Shown here one piece after another: positions 10,099 to 28,913 of a stretch of 31,426 nt of DNA. The first letter of the stretch is position 1; each line of letters opens with the position of its first letter. A program made the position numbers and the translations under genes. Origin of the DNA: Macrostomum lignano (taxonomy: Eukaryota); contig NIVC01004919.1 of NCBI GenBank assembly GCA_002269645.1, positions 1 to 31,426 of the forward strand, read 5' to 3'. Under the pieces are notes generated by a model, which was not told the DNA's origin, ran no database searches, and saw only the letters and a program-made list of their open reading frames with translations.

Positions 10099-10320
10099 TA
10101 ATTAATTGATTTCATGAGCAATTAACTGACTTCATGAGCAATTAAATTCTTTTGTAAACAATATAATATTTATTTATTGGCTATTTAAGTGTAATTTTTA
10201 TGCTATTTAATAACTATATAAAAGCTTAAAAAATTAATATTAAATAAATAATAATTGATTATACATATCCCAATGGCCAGATGGGCAATCAATGGCTTAG
10301 CTATTATGCAGTGTATCTAA

Positions 10321-10536
10321 AGGCTGTATATGGCTTTTCAGTCCAAAGACTAGCTGGTTGGCACTCAGCCTCAATTATACTAGCTAATGCTAATACCAAT
10401 TTTATAGTTGGATGAACTAAACTTAAAGCAATGCAAAGTTAAGTGCTTGCTCAAGGATACAAATTATTCTAATATTGATTAGGAATTCAATCTCCAACCT
10501 TCAATTGTAAGTCCAATGCTCTAATCATTAGGCTAT
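10321..10536 (-). mobile_element. Decayed tRNA-derived SINE with CORE-like segment
   Basis: The minus strand reads TAGCCTAATGATTAGAGCATTGGACTTACAATTGAAGGTTGGAGATTGAATTCC (degenerate A and B boxes), then CCTTGAGCAAGCACTTAAC (CORE-like). The downstream boundary is approximate. Confidence 0.5.
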
Positions 10537-11528
10537 AACCCTTGCTTGTTAGGCTTGGAAATTAACAAATAAGAATAGTATTATATATACATATTAATTG
10601 ATCTTATATAATAAAATATTGGCTAATAATAATACAAATAATAATAATAATATTAGGCCTAACTTAAAACCTTGGATTATTGTCTAGGCCCCTAAATATT
10701 GAAAAATTATAATTAAGCAAGTCAATTTAATTATATTTTATAATTTGATATAAATAAAATCTCTTTATTTAATTTAAAATGGGCTAAAGCTTTGACTAAA
10801 CATCTAATTTTGATGGTTTTACTTTGAAGTTTAGGCTTTGATAAGATATTTGATTGATAAATATGGGTGCCAATTGTTTTGGTTGTTTACAATATAGCTA
10901 GGCCTATATTAAAATGTGTATATATAGCTCCAACTCTATAAGTAAGATAGATTAATTTAATACTAAATAAATAATAATCATGTAATATAATATAGTCTAT
11001 AGGGTCCAAGGGCAAGGCTCACCCTAAAGCAAAACATAAGATAATAATAATAAGGAAAGGGTTTTATAGGTTTAGATTATATTATATATTTCACTTTAGT
11101 CATTAATCAGAATTTTATTAGATATACCTGGCTAACATAGTATTATAGCTTAGGCCTATGCAACTATGGCTGTGGCTCTGGAAATTAGTCTATAAAAAAG
11201 CTAGGCCTAGCTAACAACAAAGAATTTTTAACAAGCCCTTAGGCCTTACAGCCTTCTTAAGTTTAGTGGTTGCCTAACTAAAGTTGTCGAAATAATTATC
11301 CCAGGCATAGTGGTAAAAATAAATAAAATTAGACCAAAAAGCTAAATAGGTCTAGCAATCAGTAAACATAATGTGGAGCCAAATTTAGCGAATAGACTTC
11401 TTTTCATAAATGCTTTTGTGAAAAATTCACGACAATATCTGATACTTAGCTAAATTTAAAAATTTGAAAATTCAGTTCATGTGTACTTTAATTAGGAACG
11501 TATATTTTAGATTATTATTACTTCCAGG

Positions 11529-11661
11529 CACAGACCAATAAGTGTAACTTTATACTTATCTTAGTATAACTTATATCTTATATCTTAGTACCAATAAGTA
11601 TAAATTTATACTTATTATACTTATACTTATCTTAGTATAAGTTATACTTAATTGGTCTGTG
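11529..11661. mobile_element. 133-bp MITE with CACAGAC termini and 8-bp TSD (P- or hAT-type)
   Basis: TIR CACAGACCAAT-AAGTGTAAC / GTTATACTTAATTGGTCTGTG; CTTCCAGG at 11521-11528 and 11662-11669. Confidence 0.85.
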
Positions 11662-12301
11662 CTTCCAGGCCAGTTCGGAAACAAAAAACAGAAATCTAAA
11701 AAAGCAATACATTTGTATAACGCTATCTTATAACAAAGCTGCTCTTCGGTAAGGGACTTACACTTAGTTATTTATTTTAGGAAGGCTTGATGCAAGTTTA
11801 AAACTTTACAAACTTTGTTTAACTATGAGAAGGCGATAATCGAAATGTTTAGTGGTCGAATTTCTAAAAGTCTTCGTGTTTCACGTATTAAACATTCGCC
11901 GACACTTATACAGAATATTGTTGTTCACCATACCACTTCAACTGACCCAACACGTGGATAGTATCATAGTATAGTGAATACCTATACCGATTAAATTAAA
12001 GATATTTGATCTATAGTATTTAAAAGAAGAATAAACAGTTATGCCTTTCCAACTTCCAAGTTCTAATCGATTCCAATCGGAATGATTTTCATTTCCAAGT
12101 TCTACGAGATTGATGCCAACAGTTTAAAAATGATAAGTGATATGTACAGTTTTAAATGATTCAACACTGCTGGTCGATCCAGTAATGGGATCCGATAAAG
12201 AAAATCGGCCACTTAGACTTAGCTGCAGGGGGCTCCGCGCGTCCGGAAACAGCGAGGAGGCGTTGCCGCCCATTTCGCTAACCCCTGGCGACCACGGGCA
12301 G

Positions 12302-16010
<3,709 letters not shown>

Positions 16011-16059
16011 CTCCGGGATTCCACGAGTGGTCCGCGCAGCTTCCTGCCGGCTCAAGGCG

Positions 16060-17507
16060 AGTTGTGCAGGAGAGCTGCCTCTTCTGCCTCGCCGATAGCT
16101 CAGGCTCCAGCTCCATGGGCTCCTCCCGGATGGATTCCATGGTCGAGGGCGATGTCGCTACCTGGGCGGCATTCTCGCTCTCGGCCCGGTTTTCCGGGGG
16201 AGTCACAGTGGTGACACTGGGCTGGGGGTGGCTGCGGTTGGGGGCCTTGGCGGTGTCCAGCAGCTGCTTCGCGCGCTGAGTCAGACCAGAGCGGATAGTG
16301 TTCCGGGCGGGTTTCCGGCCCTTTCCACGTTCGCCTGTTGCTGCAGCTTTCGCGGCTTTCCCTCTGACAGGGTCCACGTCCTCGGAGGGGTCGTGACGGC
16401 CGGGAGCTTCTTTTCCTGGGCGTTTCCGCCCGGCAGAGCCCCCGACTGCCCGCTTACGCTTCTCCGGGGGCGGTGGGCGGGTGGCGTCAGACTCGAAGCT
16501 AAAGAGCTGAATCTGCAACAGCCCGACAGAGATGATGGACATGTCCGGGTAGCGGAGCATCCAGCTATCCGACAGTCCAAGAATAGCCGTGAAACCGTCT
16601 CCGCCCGGCTTGGAGATGGTCTCGTGAACTACGACACCATTGGCCGGTAGCTCCGGGTTGGAAGCCACTAGCAGGTGACGCAGCTCGTCGGCCTTGGTGA
16701 TGCAGCTGCGAGCCGGAATCCAGGCACGGTGCCGGTGTGTCCGGGGTCGCTCGTCCTCCCTGTAGATGAACAGGTTCTCCAGCTCCGTACCCCAGTCGAA
16801 GTTTCGAGCTGCTGTCCTGACTGGCTGTCGGCGGGCTGGATATAGAGGGCTTGGCCCTCGACTTTCGTCTTTTGGACTCGAATGATGGTGCCGCTCAAGG
16901 CCATCTTGACCAGGTGGGAGTCCAACCTGCGCCAGATAAGGTGGAGCTGTTCGGCCGTAAGAGGCGTCTCCTGGCCTTGGATAACCAGGGCCGGCTGCCT
17001 CTTGGCCATAGCCGCGTAGGTTCGCTTCGGCTTTGTGGTTTGGCCAGCGCCCCCCGCTTTGGATCCCTCCACAGCCGTGGGAGCTTCCACACGGGCAGAG
17101 GTCCGGTCACGGGAGGGGCCAGCCGCACCAGGAGATTCGGCGGCACCTGACGCATCAGACCGGCGCGCGGGGTCCACCCCCTTGTCGGATGTCGGCTCCT
17201 CCGCGGGGTTCGCAGAGTTACTGGCACCCTCCTCAGAGGTGGCCGGAGGGGCGGCTTTCGCATTCCTCCGTTCCTCTGCTTTGCGCTGGAGAAAGGCTTT
17301 GTACCGAGCAATGCTACGGGCCTTCTTTTTCGAAATCTGAGGTCCGCTGTCTTGTCCAGCCACTCCGGTATTATCCTGAGCGGCGGCAGCGGCAGATTGA
17401 GAGGCACCGGGGGTTCCGGTGTTGCGAATGTCCGGCTGAGCCGCGGTGCCAACCTCGGTTGGTGCTCCAGCAGCATCGGTCGTGTTAGGTGTAAATGAAT
17501 ACTCCAT
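16060..17507 (-). CDS. ORF1 (gag-like, no CCHC knuckle; central domain resembles DUF4780 of LOA-type ORF1); one frameshift near 16803
   Basis: ATG at 17507. Low-complexity N-terminus, KRTYAAMAK, then RHRAWIP...LLVASNPELP...AILGLSD once one base is restored at TTT 16802-16804. The 3' end is ambiguous (see finding); the DUF4780 match is from memory of the motif. Confidence 0.7.
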
Positions 17508-18312
17508 GAGTCGCTGAAAGGCGAGTGGGGACTAGAGGTGAGAAGCCGCTGGGCCGTAACCCCAAACCCAACAGCCAGGCCAAGAGGCAGCGACCGGGGG
17601 GTGGCTTAAGCCCGTACCGGCCCGACCGCTAGCAACCGAGAAACTCCCCGGCTAAGAGCCCGGCTTGGAGAAACCAGAGGCCGAACCAAAGGACCATCAG
17701 CACGGTACTACACTGGGCCCTTGAGGGAAGCAGGAGGACTGCCTCCGGAGCCTGCGGACTGGCCGCATACCCTGTTAAGGTCAGAGGGTGGTACCTGTTC
17801 CTCAGAGCCGTGGCCAGAGGTACCTGCACAGGTTCACTTCCGGGCGGAGCCCGTACCCAACTTGGCCAAAAGGCCACGGATGGGTTGCCGCCGCCGGAGC
17901 CCAGTCAGTCCAGCAGCCCTAGGGCTGCCTTGAACACATGCGGGGCGCGAACCCCTGGGTCGGCTTGCGAGTCAGCTTGGAGAGAGTTCTCCTGCCATTC
18001 CTGCACCAGAATAGAGGGGGTGCAGGTGTGTAGGATCGCAGACCTTAGCTCGTAGGCCTAGTCTGTCTCATGCTACACAGGCGTGCTGTACCCGCCATTG
18101 CATGCGAAAAAATCGGCCACGCTTCCATTTTGAGACCCTTAGGCTTTATAGATAGACCAAGAAATTACACGACGTCTAACTCCAGTTGTTTTCTAATAAT
18201 ACGAGAACTTGTTGGCAAAGCAATTAGATTCTAGTTCACAACGATTCGTCCCATTTGAGTCGTATTTCTCACGAAAAATCAAACTCTGCTTGTTGCTTGT
18301 AAGCAACTACAC

Positions 18313-18551
18313 ACCTTTTCACGTTCAATTTTGATCAAAGTCCAGTTCTAAAAAAACTAGCGGAAATTCAATTCAGACAATTCAGGCAACGCTTACGGAA
18401 ATCAATAAAAACAAACCCCAGCTCAAAACATTCTGTCCATTTTGCCACTGAAGCAAGGTTTAGCCACAGACAAAATTGTCCCCAGTCTGAATTGACTTTC
18501 CGCTAGTTTTTTTAGAACTGTGGACTCTGATCAAGATTGAACGTGAAAGGT
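18313..18551. mobile_element. MITE-like element, ~65-bp TIRs around a ~105-bp spacer
   Basis: ACCTTTTCACGTTCAATTTTGATCAAAGTCC-AGTTCTAAAAAAACTAGCGGAAATTCAATTCAGAC matches the reverse complement of 18485-18551 with few differences. No clean TSD. Confidence 0.7.
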
Positions 18552-19330
18552 ACTTTAAGTAGTCTATAACCCAGTTTTAAGTGAAATTTCAAGCAGAATC
18601 GCTCGGGAAATTGACGTCTGTGTTTTTCACAAGCTGGACTCACTTCTTTATCCAGTTAGCGTTAAAATAGTACATTTCAATGGAAACTATTTGACACTAT
18701 TGGAATTTACTTAATTATTATTTATTAGTGAAAGCGGAATTTTATCTACAATTAAGATATTTGTTGAAATTATACTACCGCTCGTAAATAAAACCACTTG
18801 AACCGCGACAATCAAAGAAATACTTAGTCAATTGTAGTCAATTACAAATAACTGCTGTAGAAAATAGCGTGCTCGAAGGACTATTTTAATTTAAACTTTT
18901 ATTTAGAGTAGTCCCTGGCCGGCGTGCCAGCGAGTTTGCAAAAAGAGTAATCATGTGTAATTACCAAGGGCAAGTCTATCATCAATTTGAGTCGATAAAA
19001 ACTATCTGATTCATGGTCAGTTCATAATTCTTCATTCGTTCAATCAGCTTCTTTATTGTTTTGAGCTTAGAATCGAAATTATTGATGCCCATAGCAGGTA
19101 GCAGCGCATGTACTCGTAGCTAGACAATTTTAGAAGCAATAACTTAGAGCTCTGTGTTGTTTATCACTTTTCTGTCCGGCTCTGCACAGTCTGGAAATTG
19201 ATTTTTGAAGATTGATTTAAAAAGGGGAAATGGAAAGCCGCGGGAAGACACAATATCAGAAAAAATTTCTTTAGTAGTCTGGAGTCAAACAGTACACAAT
19301 ATCCCAACACGCTTACATCCCTTACTTTTA

Positions 19331-20341
19331 CCAGCTGACAACCCCTTCAGCTGACAACCATCACAACCAAAACCCCATCAGCTGACTCCATACAACCATC
19401 TCAATCGACAACTCATTAGCTGACAACCATCTCAATCGACAACTCATCAGCCGACAACCATCTCAACCGACAACTCATTAGCCGACAACCATCTCAACCG
19501 ACAACTCATCAGCCGACAACCATCTCAACCGACAACTCATTAGCCGATAACCATCTCAACCGACAACTCATTAGCCGACAACCATCTCAACCGACAACTT
19601 ATTAGCCGACAACCATCTCAACGACAACTCATCAGCCGACAACATCTCAACCGACAACTCATCAGCCGACAACCATCTCAACCGACAACTTATTAGCCGA
19701 CAACCATCTCAATCGACAACTCATCAGCCGACAACCATCTCAACCGACAACTCATTAGCCGACAACCATCTCAACCGACAACTCATCAGCCGACAACCAT
19801 CTCAACCGACAACTCATCAGCCGACAACCATCTCAACCGACAACTTATTAGCCGACAACCATCTCAATCGACAACTCATCAGCCGACAACCATCTCAACC
19901 GACAACTCATCAGCCGACAACCATCTCAACCGACAACTCATTAGCCGACAACCATCTCAACCGACAACTCATCAGCCGACAACCATCTCAACCGACAACT
20001 CATTAGACAACGACAACCATCTCAACCGACAACTTATTAGCCGACAACCATCTCAATCGACAACTCATCAGCCGACAACCATCTCAACCGACAACTCATT
20101 AGCCGACAACCATCTCAACCGACAACTCATTAGCCGACAACCATCTCAACCGACAACTCATTAGCCGACAACCATCTCAACCGACAACTTATTAGCCGAC
20201 AACCATCTCACCGACAACTCATCAGCCGACAACCATCTCAACCGACAACTCATTAGCCGACAACCATCTCAACCGACAACTCATTAGCCGACAACCATCT
20301 CAGCCGACAACCATCTCAACCGACAACCCATCAGCTGGCAA
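19331..20341. repeat. Minisatellite, 31-bp unit (GCCGACAACCATCTCA + ACCGACAACTCATCA), roughly 30 copies
   Basis: Direct reading; variant units (CTTATTAG...AATCGAC) recur near 19690, 19850 and 20035. Confidence 0.95.
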
Positions 20342-20784
20342 ACCTTTGAGCCATAAACCATGAAAAAGTATCAAAAGACCTAAAGTGTTAAATATGCATG
20401 GATAAATATTCAGAAAATAATTTATTACTCCGATGCAATATTTTCATCAGCCTAGATTTTTGTTATCCTTGTCATCCTTGTTGTCCTAGTTATTAACTCT
20501 CGAATAGCCTCAAAAACAGCTGCGCCACGTCTCTTTAATCATCCCAACATCCCACCGTTTGCTAAGCTCGTATTCGTCAATTGAGAACTGAGGGAGCCTT
20601 GGGGTTTGAGTCGGGTTGGATGGGAGACCAGCCTAGCCGGCTAAAACCGGACCCAACCGGATCCCCCCATCTCACAACCTCCCAGCCCGCAGCTCATCTG
20701 CCGAATCACGTAGGAACAGCGTGCAACGTCAGCATTAAGGAATCTAGGCTATCTGTGGATTTCCCACGACCAGCCCCCCTCCCC

Positions 20785-20924
20785 TGACTCAGGACGGGAA
20801 CTGGAATGGAAATTCCCCCTCACCTTCCTACTGGCCGCTTTCTAACCGGCTATATTACCTCGCCGTCGCCCTCGCCCCCACCCGCCTCCGCGGAGTAAAT
20901 CCTTGGTCTCAGACTTATATAAAA
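20785..20924 (+). promoter_or_regulatory. Candidate SLC6 core promoter: TATA box 20916-20924, AP-1 TGACTCA 20785-20791, kB-like GGAAATTCCC 20808-20817, GC-rich stretch
   Basis: Motif matches ~75 nt upstream of the SLC6 ATG; no transcript evidence. Confidence 0.5.
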
Positions 20925-20998
20925 ATACGATCTGAAGGATTTGGAGCCAGACTTTGATTCTGCAAGCTTCCTGATATATTTACTGAATCGCGTTATCA

Positions 20999-26407
<5,409 letters not shown>

Positions 26408-26534
26408 TTATGTTAATTAGGGTTAAGCGTATAATTAACGCTGTTTTGAAATGAACTTTTAAACGACGGTCGAGAGTTCATGGAGTAGTTTAAACATAAC
26501 AGAAAAAAATATTTTTTTAGTTTAAGCCATACCG

Positions 26535-26870
26535 TTTCTTAGAATTTCCCTATTAATTGAATAGCATTGCTGCTTGGTTTCTTAGAATTTCCCTATTTAT
26601 TTAAAATAGCATTGCTGCTTGGTTTCTTAGAATTTCCCTATTTATTTAAAATAGCATTGCTGCTTGGTTTCTTAGAATTTCCCTATTTAATGAATGGCAA
26701 AGCTGCTTGGTTTCTTAGAATTTCCCTATTTAATAAATGGCAAAGCTGCTTGATTTCTTAGAATTTCCCTGTTTATTTAAAATAGCATTGCTGCTTGGTT
26801 TCTTAGAATTTCCCTATTTAATGAATGGCAAAGCTGCTTGATTTCTTAGAATTTCCCTATTTATTGAATA
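26535..26870. repeat. 43-45-bp tandem repeat, 8 copies, with degenerate copies to ~26940, downstream of the SLC6 stop
   Basis: GCTGCTTGGTTTCTTAGAATTTCCCTATTT core repeated. Confidence 0.9.
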
Positions 26871-27832
26871 GCCTAGCGACTGTATTTCATAGAATTTCAA
26901 ATTTATTGAATGCCAAAGTGACTGGATTTCTCGGAATCTCAATTTTATTATCCAAGCTGTATTATTTGTGACGAATTCCCTATTAATTAAAAATCTTAGA
27001 TACTATATTTCTCAGAGAAATTTCCACTCTGAATATCTAAGGAACGTAATTAATAAACAATTACTTTCTTTCAATCGCACAAATAATGAATTAATCTATA
27101 GCTTAAATTTTAGACAAGTAAACTACTGAGTTAGTAAGTAGTATAAATCATGAACTCGAGACTGTTTGAAACCTTCAGCAATTTTTTTAATCAGCAAAGA
27201 ATTAAACTTTGCAAATTGCAATAGAATAGTCTATATCTGTCGTCGAAATTGCCTTTCTAAAAAGCAATTTCTTAAAGTTAGAACTCGTGTTTTTGGCTTT
27301 TCTATCATTAGAATCGTCATATCTTTAGTGTAAAGCTCTGGTAGCTTTGCAAGTACACATGTACGCTCGTACTTTAAAATTTACCCTATTGTGTTTTTCT
27401 GCTTGCCATTTTTGTTCTAAGTAGTTTTAATTAGCCATGGAATCACCATGGGGACACTTTTTTTCTCATGCATTTCAGGATTTACTATTAAATTAGCTTA
27501 AAAAGTATATCTAATGCTCTACTAATAGTAATATATTCCGTAATTGAGTAGTAGTTAAGCGCAAGTTCAAATAATTCTTTTATAAGATCATTTTGAAACA
27601 TTTCTTTCACAGTTTTACTCAAGGCGTTCTCTTTTGTCGTCAGTTTTTTTGTATCTTCTGTTAAAAAGTATTGTGTTGATTTTAATTCGATATTGTGTGC
27701 GTCATTACAACTAGTCTTGGTGTTTGCGACTTAAAAATATAGTTCACAAGCTCCACCCAAAAAGGCAGGTCTGCCAAGGGCGCTACAAAAATTGTTTGGC
27801 TTGACTTGTTTTTGACCGAATGCATCAGAGTG

Positions 27833-28345
27833 GCTGGAGTAGGAGAGAGGACAGGAAGAGGAAGAGAGAGGGAGAGGGAGAGGGAGAGGGAGAGACGGAG
27901 ATTGAGAGGGAAAGACGGAGACGGAAAGACGGAAAACGGAGAGGGAAAGATGAAAATGGAGAGGGAAAGACGGAGACAGGGGCGGAGAGGGAGAGACGGA
28001 GAGGGAGAGGGAGAGACGGCGAGGGAGAGACGGCGAGGGAGAGACGGAGACAGAGGCGGATAGGGAGAGACGGAGAGGGAGAGGGAGAGACGGAGAGGGA
28101 GAGGGAGAGACGGAGAGGGAGAGGGAGAGACGGAGTGGGAGAGGGAGAGACGGAGTGGGAGAGGGAGAGACGGAGAGGGAGAGGGAGAGACGGAGAGGGA
28201 GAGGGAGAGACGGAGAGGGAGAGACGGCGAGGGAGAGGGGAAGGAGAGGTAGGCGGGGAGAGGGAGAGCCGGAGAGGGGGAGGGGGTGGCAGACGGGGAG
28301 GGGGAGAGACGGAGAGATTAAGGGGAGGTAGATGGAGAGGGGGTG
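27833..28345. repeat. Polypurine low-complexity tract (GAGGGA / GAGACG units)
   Basis: The plus strand is almost only G/A, with periodic C in GACG. Confidence 0.9.
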
Positions 28346-28913
28346 ACACAGAGAAGACAGCAAGGGATCGCACACAGAGTTTCACAGGAGGATGAAGCGA
28401 ACCAACTCGCCACAGGGACAGCAAAGAATTTTCTATACTGTAAAAAAGCTGCCTATCCAGCAGCCACAGCGCAGAAAAAAGCAAAACAAATCCAGTCTGG
28501 TTCGGTTTGCGGCCGACATGCCCACCTATTGAATCTCTAAGAATTGCATACCTGATAGAGGCTTGCAATCCGCCCTGCAGTCAGTATCAGCAAAGTGGAC
28601 TGTTGTACACCTAGGCAGTCCTGCCAGCTTCTTATCTGCATCAGCACAGGCTGCAGTGTTTACAGTAGAGTTCAGTTTGCCGTACATTGGCGACAGAGCC
28701 TGAAGTTATCAGCGGGCAACCTAGTCCGCAGCCTCATATCTCATTGGCAACTAATTATCTTAGCCTGCATGGCCTTCATTAAAGCAAGAAATGATCTCGT
28801 GTATTCTGTCTGATTTTAGTTCACAGGGCGCCGTATATAAATCATGCATTGGCGCTGGCTTTCACACTGGCCTTCCTGCCACCAGCTCCTGCCCTCCTGT
28901 ATCCGCCAGCAAC

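Noticed and set aside
10480-10536. tRNA gene
   Set aside because: A/B boxes are degenerate, there is no complete cloverleaf, and a CORE-like segment follows; better explained as a SINE head.
17990-18108. HDV-like or twister ribozyme at the LINE 5' end
   Set aside because: Manual fitting failed: no P1.1 CC/GG or room for P3/P1 before GCUAAG, and no UAA cleavage loop or GA-T1 strand for twister. Kept only as an unassigned structured leader.
19331-20341. CTGATGAG on the minus strand of many units, resembling the hammerhead ribozyme core; also superficially CRISPR-like
   Set aside because: No GAAA partner or three-stem junction in the unit. There are no unique spacers or cas genes, and the context is eukaryotic.
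27731-28568. ERERRR / SPSPSL ORFs up to 247 aa
   Set aside because: Low-complexity purine tract; no domain content or splice support.
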